64,000 nucleotides of DNA from contig OY759969.1 of the NCBI GenBank assembly GCA_963662865.1, positions 1,583,891 to 1,647,890 of the forward strand, written 5' to 3'. The notes beneath the pieces were generated by a model. The model was not told the DNA's origin, did no database searches, and saw only the letters and a program-made list of their open reading frames with translations. This stretch comes from Gammaproteobacteria bacterium (GTDB taxonomy: Bacteria > Pseudomonadota > Gammaproteobacteria > JAJDYQ01). Positions 22,037-30,937 of this stretch are shown in pieces. The translations under genes were made by a program, and so were the position numbers. Position 1 is the first letter of the stretch, and each line of letters opens with the position of its first letter.

Positions 22037-22876
22037 CATTAAATTGTGTAGGTCGCCTGTGGTGCGTTTCAGGGGCATTGTGACCATGTTTATCTCCTTT
22101 GTCTTGACGGTGTGCAGCCGGCCTTGCGGGCCGTATTCATTTCCAATCTGTTTCAACTTGTTCTACTCCGGGTTCTCTATACCGATGTTCTTTATTCAAT
22201 GCTCTTTCTGTTCAGGTTCGGCCTGTAGGCCGGTTCCCGGTTCGGAATTCAAGCCTGAATTTATACCGGCAATTTGGACTACTTTAGTCCTATCTGAACC
22301 GTATTGCAATATTTTTCTGAATTCATGGACTGCCGGGGAGATGCTCAAACAGGCCGGCTGCGGGTACCGGCGAAACGTCGCTCCGGCGAGGCCGGCGCTT
22401 ACCGATGGCAAGTCGCGCACTCAAGGCCGGGGGCAGTCGCCTGATTCTGGTCGGTCGGATCGTCTATTTGTGACTTTATCCCTGAACTCCAGAGATGGAT
22501 ACCGTGCGGGGGGATTTTAACCCGGACCATGTCCAGGGGCGGTTTGTTGATTTCCATGAGAAGCCGGCTGGTCGGATATAATCGCTTGCCGACCGCATAA
22601 AGGGCTGGGATTACATCTCCTGGTGCAGTACATTATCGGCATAAATCTAAAGGTGCAATCTGTGGTGGACCCATACAAGGTATTGACTGGAGCGGCAAAA
22701 TACCGGATATATGCTGCGTTATGGTGCGCGGTTACCCGGGTTGTGGGTGCGACGGATGGGCGCAGGCCTGGGCGGAAAGGGCTTTTCGGCCCTGGTTATC
22801 CCGGTTTTGTATGGCCGACATCAGGTCAAAATGCGCTATTAAAGCTGCTATCTAACTAAACTCCATTAATCAAGAT

Positions 22877-23458
22877 ATGACAGAGTATGCCCTGATTTTT
22901 CTCAGCACGGTGCTGGTCAATAATTTCGTCCTGGTGAAGTTCCTGGGCCTGTGCCCATTTATGGGCGTGTCGCGCCAACTGGCGCCCGCCATGGGGATGG
23001 CCGCCGCCACAACTTTTGTGCTGACGCTTTCTTCTACGCTGAGCTTTATTGTCGATACGTTGCTGCTGGTGCCTTTGGGGCTTGAGTATCTGAGGGTTAT
23101 CAGTTTTATTCTGGTCATTGCCGTAGTCGTTCAGTTTACTGAAATCATGGTGCGGGCTACGTCTCCGCTGCTGCATCAGGTGCTGGGTATTTATCTGCCA
23201 CTTATCACGACTAACTGCGCGGTACTCGGTGTCGCTTTATTGAATGTCCGGGAGGTGCATAATCTGATGGAGTCTGTGCTGTTTGGTTTTGGGGCCGCCG
23301 CCGGTTTTTCATTGGTGCTTATTTTGTTTGCCGCCATACGGGAGCGATTAAATGGCGCGGATATTCCCAAACCCTTTCAAGGTGCTTCTATTTCCCTTAT
23401 AACTGCGGGCTTGATGTCGCTCGCTTTTATGGGCTTTGCCGGCTTGGTCCGGGTGTAA
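22877..23458 (+). CDS. rnfA: Rnf/Rsx electron transport complex subunit A
   Basis: [20 protein letters not shown]; [16 protein letters not shown]. Confidence 0.97.
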   Translation: MTEYALIFLSTVLVNNFVLVKFLGLCPFMGVSRQLAPAMGMAAATTFVLTLSSTLSFIVDTLLLVPLGLEYLRVISFILVIAVVVQFTEIMVRATSPLLHQVLGIYLPLITTNCAVLGVALLNVREVHNLMESVLFGFGAAAGFSLVLILFAAIRERLNGADIPKPFQGASISLITAGLMSLAFMGFAGLVRV

Positions 23459-23465
23459 CTGCTCC

Positions 23466-24008
23466 ATGCTTTTAACTGTTCCTGTTTTTGCCTTGATTGC
23501 TTTTGTGGCCGGTGCCTTGCTGGGCTTCGTGGCGCAGCGTTATACGGTTAAGGGTGACCCGGTGGCGGACAGGATTGATGCCTTGCTGCCTCAGACTCAG
23601 TGTGGTCAGTGTGAGTTTGCCGGCTGCCGCCCCTATGCCGAGGCTATCGCCGCCGGGGAGGCGGATATTAATCGTTGTGTGCCGGGGGGTGAGGCCACGA
23701 TTGTCGAGATCGCTTCGCTGCTGGACCGTGAGGTCGTCTCGCTTGACGAGGAGCCCGGGGAGGCGCCGCTGGCCATGGTGGCTGTCATACGGGAGGAGCA
23801 TTGTATTGGTTGTACCAAGTGTATTCAGGTTTGCCCGGTGGACGCCATTCTGGGACGCGCCAAACGTATGCACACGGTGATTGCCGACGAGTGTACCGGC
23901 TGTGAGTTATGTCTGCCTCCGTGCCCGGTTGATTGTATCGATATGGTCGCCATTCCGGAAACTGTTGATAACTGGCACTGGCCTCGCCCCGAAGGCTTAT
24001 CAACGTAA
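23466..24008 (+). CDS. rnfB: Rnf complex subunit B
   Basis: [14 protein letters not shown]; two 4Fe-4S motifs [12 protein letters not shown] and [12 protein letters not shown]. Confidence 0.96.
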   Translation: MLLTVPVFALIAFVAGALLGFVAQRYTVKGDPVADRIDALLPQTQCGQCEFAGCRPYAEAIAAGEADINRCVPGGEATIVEIASLLDREVVSLDEEPGEAPLAMVAVIREEHCIGCTKCIQVCPVDAILGRAKRMHTVIADECTGCELCLPPCPVDCIDMVAIPETVDNWHWPRPEGLST

Positions 24009-25525
24009 TGGCAAAGGCTTTGACGACAGGTGTTCCGGTTAACGGTTATCAGGATATGGCCACGCGGCTGCCGGTGGCGCGGGTTCCTGTCTCCGGTGAG
24101 CTGGTGCTGCCGTTGCAGCAGCATATCGGTACGCCTTCCGAACCGATTGTCGCCAGGGGCGACCGGGTTGTCCGCGGTCAGCTTATTGCGCGAGCCAGGG
24201 GCTTTGTGAGTTCCAGTCTGCATGCGCCGGTCAATGCGGTCGTGCAAAGCATTGAGTGCCGACCGGTGCCTCATCCGTCCGGGCTGAACAGTTTGTGTGT
24301 GGTGCTGACCGCGGAGGAAGACGCGGGCTGGGCAGCACCTGTGCCTGATGTGGTGAATCTGGATGACTTTACACCACCGGAACCGGACGCTATTAAGATG
24401 ATGGTCCGTCAGGCCGGTATTGTGGGCCTGGGGGGGGCGACTTTTCCAACTTCTGTCAAAATTAAAAGCGGGATGTCGCAATCTGTTGATACCCTGATTA
24501 TCAATGGCTGTGATTGTGAGCCTTGGATCACTTGTGATGAGATGTTGCTTCGTGAGCGGCCCCGGCACGTTATCGCGGGTTCCCTTCTGCTACAGCAGAC
24601 GATTCAGGCTGGTCGGTGTGTACTGGCTATTGAAGATGACGCACCGGAAATGGCTTGTGCGTTGAAGCAGGTTATCGCTGACTGCGGCAGCCCGGTTGAG
24701 CTTGAGGTGTTGCCGGCACGTTATCCGACCGGAAGCGAAAAGCAGCTGATCAGTGCCATTACCGGTAAGGAGGTGCCTTCGCAGGGGTTGCCGGCCGATG
24801 TCGGTGTCGCTGTGTATAACGCCGGTACGGCGGCGGCGGTTTATCAGGCAGTCGTGCGTGACGAACCTCTGATTAGCCGGTTCGTGACGGTTTCCGGCCC
24901 TGGTATCGGGCAGCCCCGTGTTGTGGAGGCTCTGCTTGGTACGTCCGTCAGGGATTTGATCCGGTTTTGCGGCGGCCGGACCGCGGATGCCAACGGCCTT
25001 GTTATGGGTGGCGCCATGATGGGTCTGGGGCTTGCGACAGATGAGGTCCCCGTAACCAAGGGGATGAATTCTATTTTAGTCACGACGCCCGCTATGACGC
25101 AGGACGCTCAGGGGGAGATGCCGTGTATTCGATGCGGTGAGTGCGCCAGGGTTTGCCCTTCCCGGCTCGCTCCACAGCAGTTGCTCGGTCTGATCCGCAG
25201 TGGCGATCTTGAGCAGGCCCAACAACGCTGGGATCTTGAGGATTGTATCGAGTGTGGATGCTGTAATGCGGTCTGTCCCAGCCATATCCCGCTGGCCGGC
25301 TATTATCGCTATGCAAAAAGCGAAATCAGGAAGCAGGGTAAGGCCCGGGTTAAGGCGCAGCAGGCCAGACAGCGCTATGAGCTTCGTATGGAGCGTATTG
25401 AGCGCGCCAAGCGTGAACGCGAGGAAAAGTTGCGTAAAAAGAAAGAGGCCCTGCAAGCCACTAATAAGGCCAGGGCGCGTGCCGCCATGGCCGAAGAGGC
25501 CAGGTCAGTCGAGAATGAGGGGTGA
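24008..25525 (+). CDS. rnfC: Rnf complex subunit C
   Basis: LPLQQHIG, AGIVGLGGATFPT, CIRCGECARVCP, CIECGCC..VCPSHIPL. Confidence 0.96.
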   Translation: MAKALTTGVPVNGYQDMATRLPVARVPVSGELVLPLQQHIGTPSEPIVARGDRVVRGQLIARARGFVSSSLHAPVNAVVQSIECRPVPHPSGLNSLCVVLTAEEDAGWAAPVPDVVNLDDFTPPEPDAIKMMVRQAGIVGLGGATFPTSVKIKSGMSQSVDTLIINGCDCEPWITCDEMLLRERPRHVIAGSLLLQQTIQAGRCVLAIEDDAPEMACALKQVIADCGSPVELEVLPARYPTGSEKQLISAITGKEVPSQGLPADVGVAVYNAGTAAAVYQAVVRDEPLISRFVTVSGPGIGQPRVVEALLGTSVRDLIRFCGGRTADANGLVMGGAMMGLGLATDEVPVTKGMNSILVTTPAMTQDAQGEMPCIRCGECARVCPSRLAPQQLLGLIRSGDLEQAQQRWDLEDCIECGCCNAVCPSHIPLAGYYRYAKSEIRKQGKARVKAQQARQRYELRMERIERAKREREEKLRKKKEALQATNKARARAAMAEEARSVENEG

Positions 25526-26514
25526 CTATGGTTCGCCATGCTCCTCTTTATGCGCCCGATAACGCCGTGTCGATTACCATGCGGCGAGTGCTGCTGGCGC
25601 TGTCTCCGGGGATTGTTGTCTATACCGGTTTTTTTGGCTGGGGGCTGCTGGTGCAGCTGGCGCTGGCAACGGTTGCCGCACTGGGCTTTGAGGCGGTAAT
25701 GCTGAAGGTCCGCGGCAGGCCCGTGGCTTTGCATATCGGTGATTACAGTGCCGTCGTTACTGCCTGGTTACTGGTCATTTGTCTGCCGCCGCTGTTGCCC
25801 TGGTGGATGACATTGCTGGCGGTCTTTTTTGCTATCGTTATCGCCAAACATCTTTATGGTGGCCTTGGTTATAATCCTTTTAATCCGGCCATGGTGGGTT
25901 ATGCCGTGCTGCTGGTCTCGTTTCCATTGGAAATGACTCAGTGGATTCCGCCAGAGAATTATGCGGTACCCGGATTCAACGACACGTTGTCTGTTATCTT
26001 CGGCAGTTCGGTCACCTCTCATCTGGATGGCTTGAGCACCGCAACTCCTCTGGATCACTTTAAGCACAGCACCGCCGCCGCGCCTTCTATTATGGGGGTA
26101 TTCGCGGGCAAGGGCTGGGAATGGATTTCATTGTCCTGGCTGGCCGGCGGTTTGTGGCTGGCCTATGCCCGCGCCCTTGACTGGCGTATTCCGCTTTCGC
26201 TGTTGCTGACCGTCGGGTTGTTTGCCGTGGGTTTGTCGCTCGGCACGGATAATCCGGCCTGGCAAAACCCGTTGTTTCATGTGCTGTCCGGCGGTACGTT
26301 GTTCGCCGCTTTTTTTATAGCGACTGACCCGGTGACCGCCTCAACCACGCCAATCGGTCGCTGGATTTATGCGGCCGGTATCGGCCTGCTGGCGATGGTT
26401 ATCCGTGTCTGGGGAGGCTATCCTGATGGTTTTGCCTTTGCGGTATTGTTGATGAACCTGTCGGCACCGATGATTGATTACCTGTCTATGCCCCGCGCCT
26501 ATGGGCATAAATAA
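25522..26514 (+). CDS. rnfD: Rnf complex subunit D
   Basis: AKHLYGGLGYNPFNPAMVG; FMN-attachment STATPL; FFIATDPVTAS. Confidence 0.96.
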   Translation: MTMVRHAPLYAPDNAVSITMRRVLLALSPGIVVYTGFFGWGLLVQLALATVAALGFEAVMLKVRGRPVALHIGDYSAVVTAWLLVICLPPLLPWWMTLLAVFFAIVIAKHLYGGLGYNPFNPAMVGYAVLLVSFPLEMTQWIPPENYAVPGFNDTLSVIFGSSVTSHLDGLSTATPLDHFKHSTAAAPSIMGVFAGKGWEWISLSWLAGGLWLAYARALDWRIPLSLLLTVGLFAVGLSLGTDNPAWQNPLFHVLSGGTLFAAFFIATDPVTASTTPIGRWIYAAGIGLLAMVIRVWGGYPDGFAFAVLLMNLSAPMIDYLSMPRAYGHK

Positions 26515-27124
26515 TGAAACGCCGACATCCGGTAGCCTGTTGCCTGACTGGGTCAGGCCCGGTGGCCTGCTTGGTGTCTTTTCTCTGGCCTTTATTTTCG
26601 GGCTTTCCATAACTTTTGAGTTGACTAAAGACAGGGTGATCGAGCAGGAGCGGCTGAAATTACGGTCGCAGCTACAGGAGTTGTTGGTGCCGGGGAGTTA
26701 TGATAACGATCCGGATGAGGATTTTTTTATTGATGACGCCACCGGCCGGGTCATTTACCGGGCGCGTAAGCGGCGGCAACCGGTCGCCGCCCTGCTCCGA
26801 ACGGTGGCGCCTGATGGCTACAGTGGTTCCATATCTCTACTTGTGGGCGTCAGGACCGACGGTGAGCTGCTGGGCGTGCGCATACTCAATCATAGCGAGA
26901 CCCCGGGACTGGGTGACGCAATTGATTTGCGCCGTTCAGACTGGGTACTTGGCTTTACGGGCCGGTCTTTGAACTCGCCACCTGCGGATCTGTGGGCGGT
27001 TAAAAAGGATGGCGGCGCATTTGACTCTTTCACCGGCGCTACAATCACGCCACGGGCCGTGGTGAATGAGATCAGAAATACGCTGGTGTATTATCGACAA
27101 AATCGTCAGGAGATGTTCAGATGA
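26501..27124 (+). CDS. rnfG: Rnf complex subunit G
   Basis: APDGYSG, HSETPGLGD, FDSFTGATITPRAV; start uncertain. Confidence 0.93.
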   Translation: MGINNETPTSGSLLPDWVRPGGLLGVFSLAFIFGLSITFELTKDRVIEQERLKLRSQLQELLVPGSYDNDPDEDFFIDDATGRVIYRARKRRQPVAALLRTVAPDGYSGSISLLVGVRTDGELLGVRILNHSETPGLGDAIDLRRSDWVLGFTGRSLNSPPADLWAVKKDGGAFDSFTGATITPRAVVNEIRNTLVYYRQNRQEMFR

Positions 27125-27813
27125 GTACGCCCTCGGCAGGTGAAATCATTTATCAGGGTCTGTGGAAAAATAACCCCGGACTGGTGCAGTTACTGGGCCT
27201 CTGCCCGTTACTCGCCATTAGTAATACCTTTATCAATGCGCTTGGTATGAGTCTGGCGACGATTGCCGTATTGACGGCCAGTAATTTCGTCGTGGCTCTG
27301 TCGCGCCCGGTTATCCGGGAAGAAATCAGGGTGCCGATGTTCGTGCTTATCATTGCCGGCTTTGTGGGTATCGTTCAGCAGGTCATGCAGGCGTGGTTTT
27401 ATGATCTTTACCAGATACTGGGGATATTCATCCCGCTCATCGTGACCAACTGTATTATTCTGGGCCGCGCTGAGGCTTTTGCGTCCCGTCAGCCGCTGTG
27501 GGCGGCAACGCTGGACGGGTTGAGCATGGGAACCGGCTTTATGCTGGTCCTTGTTACTCTCGGGGGAATGCGTGAGGTTATCGGCAGTGGCACATTGTTT
27601 GCCGATGCCTGGTTAATTTTCGGCGACTGGGCGAAAGCATTGACCATTTCTCTGAGTGAAAACGCCCGCGGCATCCTGCTGTTTGCCTTGCCTCCGGGTG
27701 CGTTTCTGGGTCTGGGTTTTTTGGTTGCCTTGAAGAACATGGTGGATGAGCGTATGGAGAAAACCAGGTCGGTTGACGTAGAGCTGGCACAAACGGCTGT
27801 CGCAAAGTCCTGA
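27121..27813 (+). CDS. rnfE: Rnf complex subunit E
   Basis: GLWKNNPGLVQLLGLCPLLA; FIPLIVTNCIILGRAEAFA. Confidence 0.97.
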   Translation: MSTPSAGEIIYQGLWKNNPGLVQLLGLCPLLAISNTFINALGMSLATIAVLTASNFVVALSRPVIREEIRVPMFVLIIAGFVGIVQQVMQAWFYDLYQILGIFIPLIVTNCIILGRAEAFASRQPLWAATLDGLSMGTGFMLVLVTLGGMREVIGSGTLFADAWLIFGDWAKALTISLSENARGILLFALPPGAFLGLGFLVALKNMVDERMEKTRSVDVELAQTAVAKS

Positions 27814-27889
27814 TTTGTCTTCGCTACAGGGACATTGAGTACCCCGAGACGATAAAAATATTGCCTCCTCTGTATCTCCACACAGGTCA

Positions 27890-28522
27890 ATGAACAAAAG
27901 CAAACGCCAGGAAATCTTTTCGCGTCTTCGCCATGCAAACCCGAATCCGACAACGGAACTGAAGTTCAACAGTCCTTTTGAATTGCTGGTTTCGGTCATA
28001 CTCTCCGCACAGGCCACGGATGTGTCGGTCAATAAGGCGACCGGGAAGCTCTACCCTGTTGCCAGTACTCCCGGTGCCATTTATGCGCTGGGCGTCGAGG
28101 GATTGAAGAAATATATCAAAACCATTGGCCTGTATAATAACAAGGCCGAAAATATCATAAAGACCTGTCGCATTCTGATAGACAAACACGACAGCCAGAT
28201 TCCCGATAACCGCGCCGATCTGGAGGCACTGCCCGGCGTTGGGCGTAAAACCGCCAATGTCGTTCTGAATACCGCCTTTGGCCAACCTACCATGGCGGTG
28301 GATACGCATATCTTCCGTGTTTCCAATCGTACAGGGATCGCCTCGGGAAAAACGGTCCTGGAAGTCGAGAAAAGGCTATTGAAATTCATACCGAAAGAAT
28401 TTCTGGTCGATGCACACCATTGGTTAATTCTGCATGGTCGCTATACCTGTATGGCCATTAAACCTAAATGTGGCGGGTGTATGATTCGCGATCTTTGTGA
28501 ATATAAGGGGAAAGTGGTATAG
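27890..28522 (+). CDS. nth: endonuclease III
   Basis: LSAQATDVSVN; HhH LPGVGRKTANVV; C-terminal C-x6-C-x2-C-x5-C cluster. Confidence 0.98.
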   Translation: MNKSKRQEIFSRLRHANPNPTTELKFNSPFELLVSVILSAQATDVSVNKATGKLYPVASTPGAIYALGVEGLKKYIKTIGLYNNKAENIIKTCRILIDKHDSQIPDNRADLEALPGVGRKTANVVLNTAFGQPTMAVDTHIFRVSNRTGIASGKTVLEVEKRLLKFIPKEFLVDAHHWLILHGRYTCMAIKPKCGGCMIRDLCEYKGKVV

Positions 28523-28526
28523 GTTC

Positions 28527-28770
28527 ATGTCTGCCAAAATGAGTAAACATATTTCCACGTATCCCCTGGTGGATCTCTTTGCCGGGCCCGGTGGGCTTGG
28601 CGAGGGATTTGCTGAGCTATACAATGATGACAGTTCGCCAGCTTTTAAGTCCGTTGCGTCGATAGAGATTGCCTGGCTACAGTCATTTCCTGACAATTAT
28701 TTTTTCAAAGAACCCAGAACTTCACAATAGCATCAGGTTGGTAATGCGGTTCCGCCTTACTTATCTTGCG
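28527..28770 (+). pseudogene. DNA (cytosine-5) methyltransferase remnant with large internal deletion and premature stop
   Basis: Motif I (VDLFAGPGGLGEGF...ASIE) is joined directly to motif IX/X (AWLQSFPDNYFF...RTSQ*HQVGNAVPP); catalytic PC and ENV motifs and the target-recognition domain are absent. Confidence 0.85.
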
Positions 28771-28816
28771 GTACAGATTGCTGGGCTAAAAAACAAGTTT
28801 CGAGAGAAAGCTACAA

Positions 28817-29587
28817 ATGCCTAATAGAAAGAGATGGTCCCGTCAGGAACTGTTGATTGCATTCTGGCTATATTGCCAAATGCCTTTTGGCAAGTTGCAT
28901 TCGAGAAATCCTGACATTATTAAATATGCAAAACATATTGGCAGGACACCCTCAGCACTCGCCATGAAGTTAAATAACATTGCCAGTCTTGATCCGGCAA
29001 TCGTATCTACCGGACGCAAAGGCCTATCTGGGGCATCTTCGGCAGACAAAAAAATGTGGAATGAAATGCAACAAGATTGGGAAGGCTTTGCTCTGGAGAC
29101 AGAAAATGAAATTAGCTGCATTACGATAGACACCAGTTTAACTAAAAACTCAGTTGATCCCCTAGAAAAAGCGCATTATGCTGGTTCGGAAAAAGAAGTT
29201 AAAACAAAGGTTCGAATAGGCCAGCATTTTTTCCGCCGATCAGTGCTCAGCGCCTACAACTATAAATGTTGTATCACTGGACTTGCAGTACCTTCCCTTT
29301 TAGTTGCTAGCCATATTGTGCCTTGGCGTTCGGATGTAAAAAACAGATTAAATCCAAAAAATGGATTGTCATTATCGATTATACATGATAAGGCTTTCGA
29401 TCTTGGTATTATTACCGTAAATGACGACATGACCATTCGGGTATCAGAGGGATTTGCTTCTGAAAATGACTGTTTTTTTCAGATGGCACTGAAAAGCTAT
29501 GAAAATAAGCCGGTTTCTCTACCTGAAAAATTTGCTCCTGATATAGAGCTTCTTTCTTATCACCGAAAACACATCTTTCAACGGTAA
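28817..29587 (+). CDS. HNH endonuclease (putative restriction endonuclease)
   Basis: N-terminal helical domain (LYCQMPFGKLH...GRTPSALAMKL) plus HNH region (RIGQHFFR...CCITG...LLVASHIVPW...NGL.L...HDKAFD.G); AT-rich. Confidence 0.85.
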   Translation: MPNRKRWSRQELLIAFWLYCQMPFGKLHSRNPDIIKYAKHIGRTPSALAMKLNNIASLDPAIVSTGRKGLSGASSADKKMWNEMQQDWEGFALETENEISCITIDTSLTKNSVDPLEKAHYAGSEKEVKTKVRIGQHFFRRSVLSAYNYKCCITGLAVPSLLVASHIVPWRSDVKNRLNPKNGLSLSIIHDKAFDLGIITVNDDMTIRVSEGFASENDCFFQMALKSYENKPVSLPEKFAPDIELLSYHRKHIFQR

Positions 29588-29688
29588 GAAAATCGCCAGA
29601 ATATCAAGCTGACTTGTAATCCGGCAAGGCTGTAGATTATACCGGGTTTGCCGTACGCACCACCGATGCCGGATATAAGTTCATTATT

Positions 29689-30093
29689 AGGGTTCTCTAA
29701 GAACCTTGCTGAATACTCAATAATAAGATAACAACAACTCATTTTATTGCAAAGGACAATCGGAGGAAGTTGGGAAGCCTTCCGTAAAATAGTGCGTTCA
29801 GCGTATCCTGTGATGGTGGCCAAGCAGCGCAACCGTGGTAATGAGAATGCCGCCACTGTCTGCGAGTGGCGCCTGTCTTTGCACAACAGACCAATCGTTT
29901 GGTACGAACCATTGGCACAGAGTGGGCAGCGGTGAAAATCGGATTAATGAATGTGGTGTACAACCCTGCGGCGATTGACATGGCTGCCCGCCTGACCTTT
30001 CGTAAAGGCGGAGCAGTTATCGCAATCTCCTGTCTCTAAGGCATCCATTATGTTCAGGCCAGGTAAAATTAAATGGGGTTATTAGCGGTTCCC
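29689..30093 (+). mobile_element. degenerate, internally deleted IS5-family element
   Basis: Frameshifted C-terminal transposase fragment 'RVAPVFAQQTNRLVRTIGTEWAAVKIGLMNVVYN/LRRLTWL' (~29860-29990). Imperfect terminal repeats AGGGTTCTCTAAGAACC (29689-29705) and GGTTATTAGCGGTTCCC (30077-30093). Confidence 0.7.
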
Positions 30094-30102
30094 TTTATTC
30101 GT

Positions 30103-30140
30103 CAATTGTATCTGAACCGAGTCTGCCCGCAATCTACAAT
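30103..30140. repeat. 38-bp direct repeat, copy 1 (36-bp core resembles a type II-C CRISPR repeat)
   Basis: CAATTGTATCTGAACCGAGTCTGCCCGCAATCTACAAT, identical to 30880-30917; core ends ATTGTA...TACAAT are complementary. Confidence 0.95.
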
Positions 30141-30243
30141 TGTCTCGAATGAGAATGTTTGTCGTTGTTATGATGATTCTTTGCGCTTGGTTGTTCCTAC
30201 GCTTTATCAGATTGACCAATATTGCATTGGTTTTCAATGATGT

Positions 30244-30310
30244 CAGTAGCCACCACCCGCACGGAAGAGAGGCGCTTTGCGCCGTAGCTGAGTACGGATG
30301 GTGGCTGCTG
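30244..30310. other. long stem-loop with internal hairpin inside the repeat-flanked cassette
   Basis: On the minus strand CAGCAGCCACCATCCGTAC pairs with GTGCGGGTGGTGGCTACTG (one mismatch, two G-T pairs) around GGCGC-AAA-GCGCC. Confidence 0.7.
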
Positions 30311-30315
30311 CTGTT

Positions 30316-30477
30316 TTATATTCCTCTCGTGATGATGTATAGTGTGGATGCTGTTATTAATGTTACAGCCCATATAGATACGATGACGCCGATCATGGTC
30401 ATGGTTACTCTGTTTATCTCTTTCTGCATTTCAAGTTTGCTTTCTTTGATTTCTTGGCTTAGTTCTTCGATAGTCAT
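30316..30477 (-). CDS. 53-aa coiled-coil plus C-terminal TM protein (not in ORF track)
   Basis: MTIEELSQEIKESKLEMQKEINRVTMTMIGVIVSIWAVTLITASTLYIITRGI; AAGGAG site upstream; begins 12 nt after the upstream gene. Confidence 0.7.
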   Translation of the reverse strand: MTIEELSQEIKESKLEMQKEINRVTMTMIGVIVSIWAVTLITASTLYIITRGI

Positions 30478-30489
30478 TTTTACTTCTCC

Positions 30490-30714
30490 TTATAAATTCA
30501 CCTGGAAATTTTTTATTCCCAGGCGTTTAATGGTTGATACAACGCTGTCCAATGATTTGTAGACTCTGATTTTTCCTCTTGTTGTTTCTATCGGGCCTAG
30601 TGTCATTTTTCCCTTTATGTTTATATTTAGGATATAGCCGTCGAATTCCCAATCTACATCGGCTGTTTCAATAGCCCCCATTTTTTGACACATCATGGCT
30701 TGCCCATACTTCAT
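30490..30714 (-). CDS. 74-aa phage/plasmid-type hypothetical protein
   Basis: GGAG site and a consensus promoter upstream. The C-terminal 'IETTRGKIRVYKSLDSVVSTIKRLGIKNFQV' recalls small proteins of filamentous phages and plasmids (recognition from memory). Confidence 0.65.
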   Translation of the reverse strand: MKYGQAMMCQKMGAIETADVDWEFDGYILNINIKGKMTLGPIETTRGKIRVYKSLDSVVSTIKRLGIKNFQVNL

Positions 30715-30751
30715 TTTTTGTATCTCCGAAAGTGCTAAATTGCGCTCTCAA

Positions 30752-30780
30752 AGTGTAGTATATGCTCTACTAAATGTCAA
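30752..30780 (-). promoter_or_regulatory. sigma-70 promoter of the cassette
   Basis: TTGACA-N17-TACACT on the minus strand, overlapped by a GTAG-N8-CTAC palindrome. Confidence 0.65.
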
Positions 30781-30879
30781 TTTTTGATATACAAAAATGA
30801 TTTTTTGATTCTCTGGCCGGAATTGTTATTTCTCTAAGTTACTTTTGCTTTTGAAAAACGAACAGGCCCAACGGGCCCC

Positions 30880-30917
30880 CAATTGTATCTGAACCGAGTC
30901 TGCCCGCAATCTACAAT
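30880..30917. repeat. 38-bp direct repeat, copy 2
   Basis: Exact match to 30103-30140; 20 bp from the nusB stop codon. Confidence 0.95.
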
Positions 30918-30937
30918 CCCGGAAAAGCAGGCCTGAA

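Noticed and set aside
22100-22870. Structured RNA or gene in the long adhesin-rnfA intergenic region
   Set aside because: GC-rich patches are present, but I could not recognise any riboswitch, ncRNA or coding motif.
29610-29682. Hairpin containing TGTAGATT as a possible tracrRNA anti-repeat
   Set aside because: Only about 8 nt match the repeat, too short to support. It may just be a terminator-like structure after the HNH gene.
30140-30562. 140-aa hydrophobic plus-strand ORF
   Set aside because: Antisense to two minus-strand genes that have a promoter and ribosome-binding sites. Its hydrophobicity follows from the T-rich strand.
30103-30917. Calling this a bona fide CRISPR array
   Set aside because: Only two repeats, 741 bp apart, with no cas genes in the window. 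Reported as repeats plus a hypothesis.
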